From positions 5,828,001 to 5,892,000 of the forward strand of contig CM060731.1 in NCBI GenBank assembly GCA_030704615.1: a stretch of DNA of 64,000 nucleotides, given 5' to 3'. Positions within the stretch are counted from its first letter, which is position 1; the number at the start of each line of letters is the position of its first letter. The position numbers and the translations under genes are program-made. Source of the stretch: Takakia lepidozioides (lineage: Eukaryota > Plantae > Bryophyta). The notes beneath the pieces were generated by a model, which ran no database searches, was not told the origin of the DNA, and saw only the letters and a list, made by a program, of their open reading frames with translations. Positions 1 to 10,338 of the stretch are shown here, piece after piece.

Positions 1-619
1 ATTGAATGTGAATGGAATAGAACTTTCAGTTTCCTTAGGGCTACATTGCACCTCCACCAGTGATCATAGCCTTCTGTATCAACCTCAGGTCATGTAATGG
101 TCACAAGGGGGTAGGTTAGAAAGCTCAGAGGTTTGCAGACCCTTCAGAGTAGTGCAGGTCGAGCCGTGGCCTCAAGATGCCCATGGACGGGTGAAGAATA
201 TTGGGAGTGGGATGGTTTTTTGACTGGTATATATATGTATATATACACCATGCAAGTCAATGGAGTGGGCTTTGGATCCCTACAAAAGGTTGTAACTTGT
301 CATACAACAGATCAGGATTGAGATTATGTGCGCCCTTCAGAGTATGCTAGCAGAATACAGAGAGTTGAGATTTCAGGGTTTGAGGCAGCTTATTAGCCTA
401 TTATTAGCCATCTTAGTTCCCCGGCAGGATAAATGTCCCATTAGTACATATTTTTTGAAAGCTCTCATTTTACAATAATTGGGACGGGCGCACACCCGAG
501 CTGACCAGTGGGCCCCGCGCGCTCTTCTTGTTTGGATGCTGCAATTGTAGGCCTCAACGCTCGTCTTGATTCTATTTAGGCAAGATTCCCTGCATTAATT
601 CCATGGTCATAGGACCATC

Positions 620-812
620 CACGGTTATAGGCGGCGCATGTTAATGCTGACGTGGCAGTTGACGGACAGTGCCACGTCATCATTTACCGCCACATCAGCA
701 TGCTGACATGACGCTCACGCCACGTCAGCGTGTGTGCAAGCTCACGCCACGTCAGCTGGCGTGAGCGTACGCTCGCGCGCTCACGTGCAACGCTCACGCC
801 ATTGCGTCGTTG
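620..812 (+). mobile_element. Right end of a hAT-like DNA transposon, with a subterminal TGACGTGGC/GCCACGTCA array and a GGCGTGAGCG..CGCTCACGCC hairpin
   Basis: Repeated TGACGTGGC motifs in both orientations. Ends ...GCGTCGTTG at 812, directly abutting Gypsy RNase H codons (HFRCYLYG). Same architecture as the end at 13130-13256. Confidence 0.55.
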
Positions 813-2630
813 CACTTCAGGTGCTATCTATACGGCAACCTCTTCACCCTTGTCACGGATCACCAACCACTCAAGTGGTTGATGGAGTCAGACAAGCTTA
901 CATGAAAGCTTGCACGGTGGGCACTCATACTCCAGGAATATGACTTTCAGGTGGTACATCGACCTGGTCTAGTCAATCGGGATGCGGATGGGTTGAGTCG
1001 CAATCCATGCACGAGCCAGTAGGATGACACTGGAGCTCGGTGGCATAGTGAGACGGACAAGGAGATGGTGCCTGGATGGCATGCATCTGCATTTCTGTGT
1101 ATCTAGGCAGCGAAAGGCCAAGTTGGACGTGCAACAAGGATGACTGTAGATTGAGTGTCTGAGGACCCTGAGGCCAGCAATGAGCAAGGTGGCGCCAAAG
1201 ATATACATGAGGATTCAGCTGTGTTGGACTACCTCCGCACTGGAGACACGGCAGCCACTGTGACTGCCAAGGAGAGGGATCGGATCCTACAACGAGCCAA
1301 GAGGTTCAAGTGGGAGGGGACACACCTGCTTCGAGTGTGGGAGGATGGTCGAGTGAGGATTGTGCCTCACCCAACACAACGGGCACGGTTAGTGCGGCAT
1401 GCCCAAGAGGAGTTGGGGCATTTTGGGGTGCGACGCACTCATAGTCTATTGCAGGGGCAGTATTGGTGGCGTGGTATGCACACAGAGGTGCAACAATTTG
1501 TGGCTAGGTGCATGGTGTGTGACAGGGTGCGTGCTTCATTCAATGCCCCTACTCCACAATTGCATCCTCTTCCGAACATGGGATTGGGCTACAGGTGGAG
1601 TCTTGACTTTGCAGGGCCGTTGCCATTGACCATGCGCCACAAGAGTACGTGTTGGTGATGGTGGAGCACTTTTCCAAGTGGATCGAGTTGGTTCCATTGC
1701 CTGATAAGGCTAGTGAGGAAGCTGCGTATGCATTCTTGGATTGTGTACTTAGCCGATTCGGTGCTCCAGCTGAGATACTCACGGACCAAGGGAGAGAGTT
1801 CTTGGGGGAGTTTCAGGCGTTGTGTGACAAGGCCTTGGTAGACCACCGCAACACTTCTTGGGATCATCCTGAGGCCGATGGCTTGGCAGAGAGGGTTGTT
1901 CAGACAGTGAAGAGGGGTTTGCGCAAGTATGGCTTGCAGAAGGGACACCTAGGAGATTGGGACCTTCAGTTACCTTGGTTAGCCATGGGCTACAGGTTCA
2001 ACAAGCAAGCATCACTTGCCTCCTTCTCACCATACTTTCTTCTCTTTGGCCGAGAGCCGGATTTGCCTGCATCCATTCTTAGAGAAGCTGCTTGACAATC
2101 CGGACATGTGGGCACGTGCATGTGATCAGCGTGCAAAGTTGTTCAAGAAAGTCATGCCCATGGCTTTCGAGAACCTTGCCATTGCACAACATTGTGATAC
2201 GTTGAGGTATGCTACCATACGTGGTGGGGGCTATCATCCTGGGGTTTGGAGATTTAACCCTGGTGACTATGTTTATCTGCAGCAGACTGCTCCTACAACC
2301 TTGGATGTGACTGCAGGACGTACTATTTTGAGGGTTCGAGAGGTGTTGCCCTCAGAAGTCCTGATCTTGGAGGGTCGGGATGACATGATTTGGAAGGACC
2401 ATGTGCGTAATTGCGCGCCATGTCACATTCCAAATGTTGATGGAAGGGTTGACCCAAACCTGACAGTGGTACCTGCAAGTTTGAGGTGCATGTTGTGTGG
2501 GTCTGCTAGAGGGGCAGCCACCATGCTGGTGTGTGATCGATGCTCTAGAGGTTGGCATATGGGATGTTTGACTCCACCTCTTGAGATGGTTCCTGATGGG
2601 GATTGGTTATGTCCGCATTGCATTGGATAG
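813..2630 (+). mobile_element. Degenerate Ty3/Gypsy LTR retrotransposon pol fragment: RNase H end, integrase (HHCC + DDE), C-terminal PHD finger
   Basis: TDHQPLKWL..LARWALILQEYDFQVVHRPG..DADGLSR (RNase H); H..LGHFG..C..C; WSLDFAGP, TDQGREF, ADGLAERV (DDE core); C4HC3 finger CMLC..CDRC..WHMGC..WLCPHC. Frameshifts and stops between ORFs 1155, 1649 and 2016. Confidence 0.9.
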
Positions 2631-2669
2631 TGGGAGTGGATACAACCATGGAAGGCTAACAAGAAATGC

Positions 2670-3130
2670 AAGGCCAAGCTACTAGGAGACCTTGAACACA
2701 CGAGATCCTGGCTCAAGTCACAGATTGCAAGACGGCGACTAACGATGGGGCTACTCTTGTACCCGGCCTCTTGGTCTATAGAGTTTGAGTACAATAGCCC
2801 GATCCGAAGACAATACGAACAGCATTGAAATTTGCTTGAGCACTATCCGCCATGAAACCTGCGAAATTTGGAGATGGCAGCCCATGACACGTATCAGGGA
2901 ATTCCACATGAGCTTCTGGGATTCCGTATCCTCGGATTGCATGTCACAAACTGCAATTGTCATAACTCGTTGGTACACTGGATCGTAGACATGACAAGCC
3001 ATTGTCGTCCAATCCTTCACTCATTTCACATGATCAAACATAAGAAAACAGTTCTGCAAGTCCCCAGTCTTCTGCATCCGCTTCACGAGGCTAACCCCAC
3101 TGCCCTCCCCAACAGACGATGAACGGTGTG
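2670..3130 (-). mobile_element. MULE-like transposase fragment (same family as 60505-63800)
   Basis: GSGVSLVKRMQKTGDL..MFDHVK*VKDWTTMACHVYDP..TIAVCDMQSED..FMADSAQANF parallels the motifs in the element at the window end. Confidence 0.75.
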
Positions 3131-3719
3131 CCAGAACATGAGAGGGCTGGCGGGGCTCTATAGCCACCATCGTGCATATGCTTTCACTATTTTCGCCTTC
3201 ATTTTGTGCTGACGTTCTTATTTTTTAGGACGGTATATGGAAAAATTGCATGCGTTTACGGTTTGTGGTGTGTGTCCGAGTCCGAGCTCCTTCGTATGGA
3301 GCAGGAAACCATTGGTAACACGATAGCGGAAATTGCGGAAGCATGTACAGGTGGAGGCGTGTATACATTGCAGAATTTATGTTCACCGATGAGACGGGGG
3401 GTTTTCGGGTCCTCCCAGTTCTGGGGAGGACGTCTCTGCCACCACATGTCTAGGAACTGCGGAGAGTGTAAACGGAACAGGATCCAATCCGAAGGTCCTC
3501 AAACATCCAGATGCACCTCCTGAAACATCACATCTCAACCACTACCGTCTCTTTGAAAACTGGACAATGGAAAAGGAAACGTAGCCTGAGAGATGTGGAT
3601 TCACGTTGCTTGTGGATATTCGAGGTCCTTGCGACTGCAAATGCGCGTGGATCAACAGGCTCTTCGACTGCGTCTTTGTCAGTACTTTCTCTAAGCAGTG
3701 TGTTGTGCCATGAGTATGG

Positions 3720-5240
3720 GCATATGCAAGTCTGCTGGACGGATGAAATGCAACCACGGCATGACGGCGACGCCAAGCATGGTTCTGATGGGATATCAGT
3801 CTGGTCTGCTGGACTATTGGTCTGTAAGGATACAAGTCTGGTGTGGCGCAAGTCTGTTCATCACTGGACTGCTAGGCCGTCACTGCCTGCCGAATTCCGA
3901 AGTGTCTTCTCTTGTCTTATCCCCGAAGTCTCTTCTCTCGTCAGTCTGTTGAACCGCTGGAAGTCCGTCTCTTCGGATATGAGTCCGTTTAACTACTACC
4001 TTTTAATTATCCGCATTGTCGTGAGTCTGCTGAGCCGTCGGACTGCTGGTCTGTACGCAAACCACTAAAGTTTTTCATGTATCACCACAAAAGTAATACC
4101 AATCACTGATGTATATGTAATCAGTCACACGTAACCACTGGCCGAGTGGTTCCAGTTACTAAATGGTTTGTAACCACTCATTCTACACCACTCTCAAAGT
4201 GGTACCAATCAATGGGGGTCTTTAACCACTCCAGATCTACGTATACTGTCCCCGTCCACGTGGAATAATATAGTTCATAATTAAAATATATTTTGAAACG
4301 ATAAATCTTAAATAAAAATTGAATTATTACACGTGGAGTAGCAAGTGGTTTCAATCACCTCCCATCACTCGGGTGTCTTCAACCACTCACAACCCACCGC
4401 AGAAGTGGTACCAATCACTCACATGTATGTAACCACTCACAAGTGCCTACTTGAAGAGTGGTTCCAGTTACAAAAGGGTCTTAACCACTCACATTCCACC
4501 ACTGTGCAAGTGGTACCAATCACTGGGGGGTCTTTAACCACTCCAGATCTACGTATACTATCCTTGTCCACGTGGAATAATATATTTTGAAATGATAAAA
4601 ATCTTTAAAAAAAAATTATTACACGTGGAGTAGAAAGTGGTTTCAACCACTTCCCATCACCGAGGTGTCTTTAACCACTCATAATTTATCACTGTACCCG
4701 TCCATGTCGGATATTATCATTATTAATATAAATATTTGACCAAATGTCGAATAATAAATATAAAATTAAATATTACATGTGGATTACTCAGTGGTTGAAA
4801 CCACTTCCAACCACTCCATATGATGCCACCGTGGCAATTCATCAGAATTAACCACTGGCCAGTGGTTACCATTACTTGGAGTGATTTATAGAGTGGTAAA
4901 AGACAAGAGTGGTTAAGGGGGCCAGTGGTTATTCCGCGTTTTTCTTCTAGTGTGCGACCTCACTCTGGTCCACTGGCTGGCGAGTCCGCCGGAGGGGACT
5001 GTTCGGAAGTCTGCTGGCAACCCAGTCCGCTCAGGATGCACTTTGGCCAAGTCCGTTGCAAGACTCACTTACGTAAGTCCGCTACGAGGTCAGCGTGGTC
5101 AGGTCTGCTGGCGGTGTCGTGAGGGCAACACTCATGGCAGGTCAGAGTGGGCGAGTCTATTGCCTGAATCCGTTTGGAACAGACGGGCAGACCAACCAGA
5201 GAGTCTACTGGGTTAGTGCCCAAGTCCACCGGCGAAGTCC
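3720..5240. repeat. AGTC(T/C)G-rich repeat tract, probably a transposon subterminal region, split by the AACCACT element
   Basis: Dense agtctg/agtccg/ggtctg motifs at 3720-4055 and again at 4953-5240. Confidence 0.4.
4062..4952. mobile_element. Non-autonomous or truncated CACTA element with AACCACT/AGTGGTT subterminal repeats and a ~310-bp internal tandem duplication
   Basis: Ends ...TTTTTCTTCTAGTG (reverse complement CACTAGAAG) at 4952. Many AACCACT motifs in both orientations. 4092-4403 resembles 4404-4690. No matching 3-bp TSD found. Confidence 0.7.
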
Positions 5241-5243
5241 TCT

Positions 5244-5780
5244 TTGAAGTCTCTCATGTGGGCATATGTACTTTGCAGGGCTGTTTTTCGAGGAGTGCTC
5301 ATTTTCCTGTGCTTTTGGCATGTCCGGCGGGCTTGGGTGAAGCAATCATGCGCGAAAACCAAAGATCCTATCACTGCCGCAAACTTGCTGAAAGATATGG
5401 GAGACCTCATGTATTGTAGAGGTGGACCAAGCAATCCCAAAGAAGGTCTTGCATGGGTAGTAACAATGCTCCAACGCATGAGAAAGAAATATCCAAATGG
5501 GCATGAATTTCTGGACTACATCGCTAAGGAATGGCGTCCTAAAATAACAATGTGGTGTACAGCAGCTCGCCATGTTCCGCATGCCAGTCAAGACACCAAC
5601 GCTAGCATTGAGGCATACCATGGAAACTTGAAGGCAAGACTGAGGATGAGGAAAGGCAAAATGATTGGGCGTAGAGTGGATTGGCTCATATGGGAACTCA
5701 CAGGCCGTGTGCTAACACACTACTGGTATGCAATTCAACTGAAAACGCACAGATTCATAAGGAATGACAAACAGGCCGGG
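5244..5780 (+). mobile_element. MULE transposase fragment (CxxH and catalytic E region)
   Basis: FLCFWHVRRAW, DTNASIEAYHGNLK, RRVDWLIWEL. Truncated at ~5780 by CACTA sequence on the opposite strand. Confidence 0.8.
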
Positions 5781-5784
5781 CACG

Positions 5785-7660
5785 TCCACTTTATCGTCCG
5801 TGCCCGCATGGACCTCCTTCCATCGGTCCTCCCAAAACTGCCCGGACGGTGTCATAGCGGGGGGGGCGGGGGGGGGACGTACTTCCTCTTTGCCATCAAA
5901 CAAGTGTTTCTCTGTTCTTCTCCATCGATGGCTCATAGGAAGAAATTTGCGGTAGTTGGGATACACCATCTTGTGAAGATGGCGGGAGCTATGTGCATCA
6001 AGAATATCGCCACAATGCAAGCATGCATGGTACCCTTTGGTGCTTAGCCCCGAGCAAACAGTTAGTCATGTACTACACATCCCGCCACATTAGCAAAAAC
6101 AAAAGGTTGTCATGTGCATGGCCCATAATGCCATCTACCCCACTACGGTGCACAAAACTGTCACCGCTACTTCAATCAATCCCAATTTTCATCGATATTA
6201 TCCGGCATTGACAAGTGAATGTACACGGGTTGTTCATGGGGAACATAATATACCTGGATAATCATGCATTGTCCAAAGCAAGATGTCTCCCATCTTTGTC
6301 CGGCCATAGGGTCAAGTGAAGCATCCAATGCAGGGACCCCCCCTCCATAGCTCTTTAAGTTCATCAACAAGAGGTCGCAAGTACATGTCCATGTTTGCCA
6401 CTTGTTTTTTCCCTATAAGACATTCACATCATTGTTTCAATGCTCCACCAATATGCAGATTATACTACAAAATGAATTACACGTCTTACTCCATGATTAT
6501 GTCACTCATCAATCTTGCATCCGAATTGCGTCAAAGATCAGAAGTTTAATGTAAAGTCGAAGGCAATAATAAACATGAATGAGTACACTCACCTGGGGAT
6601 GTTGTAATTCACCATGGTCACCGGCCAAGTGGAATGACTACATGACTGGACAGAGAATGGGTTGACCCCATCCGATGAGAAGCCGAGGTAGACATGTCGT
6701 GGGTCCTCCAAGAGAAAAGGCCACATCTCTTCAATATGCCTCCATGCTTGTGAATCTTGTGGCCCGCACACCTCTCCCGAGGGGCTCCGATGCGAGGCGT
6801 GCCATCTCATGAGTCTGGCCAATTCAGGGCTTCGGTACTGTGAGCTCAATCGCGGGATGATCGGAAAGTAATGCATTTTCTAGAATAAAATATCTCACGC
6901 CCCCCACATGACCAAACGTCGCTCCTTCCACTCCTCACTCACTCCTTCCAAAACCACAATCAGATCTTGCATGAGTACTACTCTCTAAACTCTAAACTTT
7001 GTGGAATACACTTTACATACATTGAGAAGATTAAAGAAAATAATCTCCATGCGAGGGGGAATGACGCTTATACCTTGCGTGGTACTTTTTTCCCTTGGAC
7101 ATCATCCCGATATCGGTCTTTCTTGCACTTTGGGCACTTGGTGAGATGCGAATCCTCTCCGTAGTATAGGGTTTTAGCACATGGACATGCATGAAAAATC
7201 TTATAGCCCATCCCCACAGAGTCCAAGACTTCGCGCGCCTCTTTCCGCGACCGTGGCATCTTGGGTTTCAAGTGTGGAATATAGTCTGCAATAGTTCGCA
7301 TTATGACAGACATCCCAACATTACTTACGCCAAATCGAATTGAAGATTGAGCAAAAGTAATATTGTTGAAAGTCGACTCACTTTCGCCCCTTCGTACAAG
7401 GGAGTTCTCGCCTCCCTCTCCATGTCATTTGAGGGGGCCATTTCAGGATCATCAATTGGCCGGGTTCCCGCTTCATAGGAAGCATCAGCGCCCACATGAT
7501 GCATTAAGAGATCCTCCATGGCTTGCACATCCTCCTGGTTAATTCCATGCTCATTGTTGTTGTCACTGTCACTATCACTATCATCGTCATCATCGTCTGG
7601 TACCGTGGGGGCGGCGTCTCGCCCACGGCTCCCGCCTGATGTACTTGGGGTTGTTTTCGG
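5785..7660 (-). pseudogene. CACTA Tnp2/TnpD (Transposase_21-type) transposase, multi-exon and degenerate
   Basis: TPLYEGAKVSRLSTILLLL; KIFHACPC..LY..CPKC; YFPIIPRL..MRWH..DSQAW..LGFSSDGVNPF..STWPV..YNIP; NMDMYLRPLVDELKELW..WTMHDYP; KGYHACLHC..YRKFLP..FDGKEE. Confidence 0.9.
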
Positions 7661-8608
7661 ATGGGGTGCCAAGAGAAAAGACCGGGAATGGATGGACAAA
7701 GTCCTAATACGAACAAATGAACATAGAGACATATATTATAATTTGTCCTTGCAACCATACACTTCATTATAAGCGAAATGCAAACAACAACCTTCAATAT
7801 GTGTGTGCATCAAATATGTCATTCAATAATTACATGTATGTGCGCAACGTACTCGCATGCAAAGTTTCAAACCCAAACAAAATCATTTGCCTCCCCAATG
7901 ACGCATCACCCTATCAACCAATTTTTGTTTATTAATGTGAAAGAAAATCCTCTCATGCCATTGCACCCAACAAACGGATGTGGCTCAAGGTTCATTTTTC
8001 CTACATGTGCTTAAATATGTGTGCAACACCTGTACAAAGATCCAGCAGGGAAAAAAAAAAAAAAAAATTTGCCTCCCCAACGACGCACTCACCCTTGCAC
8101 CAATTTTGAATTAAATCGAATTTAAATGAATTTAGAATAAATATTTGCAACTAGAAAATATATGATTGTGGTTTTGAGGGGCGTAATGATTTTCTTTTTA
8201 GCTCTATTTTGATCTGTGACATCGGGATTTGCACCACTACATCCATGCAAAAACTGGGACAAAAAAAAATGGAAAAAAAAAAAAGTGTATTTCTAGGGTC
8301 ACTTTTGCCAAACTCTCTATGAAGAGTGCATGAAGTTGAAGATAACTTAACTTTGGAGTGCAAATGAGAGAACAAAATCTGGTTATGGGTCCAAATGACT
8401 TTTGTTTACTCCCAAATTTTGCACACATATTGCATATGCTATCATTAAGCATATGGCTTGAAAAATGGAATTAAAAAAAAAATCATTTGTAGGCGAAACA
8501 CAATTTTCCGTCTCTATGACACGTAGCTGCGTTCAATACTAGAGCAACAATAATTTTTTTTACATCAATCGATTAATCGGATGTATACAAAGTACATCAT
8601 GAGAATAT

Positions 8609-9274
8609 CTACAATGCCCTTCTACACGATCCCTGTTTCAAAGGAACCCTATTTCTATCATACACATCCCACTCACGCTGTAATCGGAGGTCCCAATCAT
8701 CCCGAGAGAACTCGTATGATGCAAATAGTTCGCTGCCAGCCCTAATAGTCCTACTAGCACATATCATCACAAACATGTGCATCCCCTCACAGTATACTGA
8801 TGTATGACCACAAAAGCTCTCATGCCCATCGCTTCGCTCGTCCCATACTATATTGGTTCTCCTAGGATGACCAAAAGAACTATTGACCAGCCCAGCAACA
8901 TTGTCGAAGATGTCGGGGTCACCATCACAAAATCTGATCTCAATGGGAGACAACCCCCGTCTACGTACATCCTGTCCGTTGACAAACAAAATGTAGGGTA
9001 CGATGTATGGGGCTTCGAGGCGTAATGTACGGAACTCCGCGGAGGTGTAGTATGTACCGTAGTAGGGAAACAAGTTCACCATGCTGTTTCTCCGAGGAGG
9101 AACCACAATATCATTGACCGTGAATAAACCCCGACCCATAGCAGGGTCTGTAGCGGCTCTCACAACATACCGTCTCCCCCAATACTCGAACTCCACATTT
9201 TCTCGGATGGGGGTGGGAGGGTCGAGATGATTCCCCCAACAACGAGGCTGGACGGTCCTCCGTAACATAGTCAT
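8609..9274 (-). CDS. Stand-alone SET-domain protein (putative lysine methyltransferase), cargo of the CACTA element
   Basis: SET motifs in order: MGRGLF (GxG), PYYG (YxG), NVAGLVNSS..N (RFINHS equivalent), IRAGSELFASY (ELxxxY). The frame stays open ~70 Pro/Arg-rich codons upstream, to ~9481. Confidence 0.8.
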   Translation of the reverse strand: MTMLRRTVQPRCWGNHLDPPTPIRENVEFEYWGRRYVVRAATDPAMGRGLFTVNDIVVPPRRNSMVNLFPYYGTYYTSAEFRTLRLEAPYIVPYILFVNGQDVRRRGLSPIEIRFCDGDPDIFDNVAGLVNSSFGHPRRTNIVWDERSDGHESFCGHTSVYCEGMHMFVMICASRTIRAGSELFASYEFSRDDWDLRLQREWDVYDRNRVPLKQGSCRRAL

Positions 9275-9704
9275 ATGCGCTTCCCATCGGGGGCGAGGAT
9301 CCGGCTCAGGCCGCCCAAGCCGAAGGGGAGGAAACCTAGGGCGAAGCCGACCCCTCCTAGGGGTTCGGGGAGCACATGCACGTGGAGATGGAGGTGGTAC
9401 TGCTGGCGGAAGAGATGAAAGTGGAGGTGGTTGAGGATGTAATGTTGGAGGTGCAGCCGACGGTCGTGAGGCTCGCCCCGTCTATATCCTCTCCGGGGCT
9501 CTGAATCTGGGCAATCAATATGGGATAATCGAACCTCAATCATATTGCGCCACGTAGCGGCGAGAATCCGCCACACCTGCTTTTAACGCCAGTGAACGGC
9601 CGCATTGGCCGACTCTGTCCTGTGCGCGGCCATAGGGCTCGCCCAAAGGCCGCTTACGGCCAAACACAGGGCAGAATCGGCCAAACACGGCCTGTTCTCT
9701 AGTA

Positions 9705-9894
9705 CAAATCAGACCCCTTAATTGTAGTGAGAGGAACCTCTTTCACAGTAACCGCGCCATGGAGGCTGAGAAATGGGACACCCCCTAGGGAAGGGGGAGA
9801 AGAGGATACCACACCCGTCAAGTAGCAGGATTTGACCCAGAGTCATATGGGTGGCACTCAGTGCACTATCCAACTGAGCTACTGACTGTTGGTG
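9705..9894 (-). mobile_element. tRNA-derived SINE, copy 1 (tail interrupted by the CACTA end)
   Basis: Minus-strand A box TAGCTCAGTTGG (9870-9881) and B box GGGTCAAATCC (9828-9838). Similar copy at 30964-31237. Confidence 0.75.
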
Positions 9895-10338
9895 ACCCTT
9901 TCAAATCAGTTTCTCCGTTTTGCTATTTTTTATTTTATTTATTTTTTGCCTTTTTTTTTGGTGCTTTCCGGGAGGGTTCCTTACTCGAGTTTATGATTTC
10001 CATCCTTTGATTTTGTTTCATTTGAGGAATAATTAGGCTTGATTAGGAGTGTATTCACAAATCCAAAGTGAATGTCGTTGACGACATTCACTTCTATGTC
10101 TGTGTCATTCCAAAACGATAGTTTGCATTCACGTGGATTAGGGTGTATTTATAGTATCATTGAATGGAATGTTTTGAATGGCGTTGACGACATTCACATC
10201 TGGAGCAGTCGTGTGGTCCTGAAAGGTCCTTGGAGCAGTTCTCAGAGCCATTTCATTCTATGTTTTTTTCATTCTGTTCTACTTGCATCTTACTCACTGA
10301 GCGCTTTGGTGAGTTGGGATTTATCTCCTTTTTTTCAG

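Larger units (their letters stand above)
5780..9704 (-). mobile_element. CACTA/EnSpm transposon, 3'-truncated, carrying a SET-domain ORF upstream of its transposase
   Basis: Minus-strand terminus reads TACTAGAGAACAGGCC (CACTA variant) at 9704, with GGCC/CGGCCAAACAC subterminal repeats at 9590-9700. Contains transposase exons. Confidence 0.8.

Noticed and set aside
5244-6047. 267-aa ORF as one protein
   Set aside because: It is a chance read-through from the MULE fragment into the antisense strand of the CACTA transposase at ~5780.
9820-9894. Functional tRNA gene (also 31160-31237)
   Set aside because: A and B boxes are present, but there is no convincing cloverleaf and homology extends well beyond tRNA length; better explained as a SINE.
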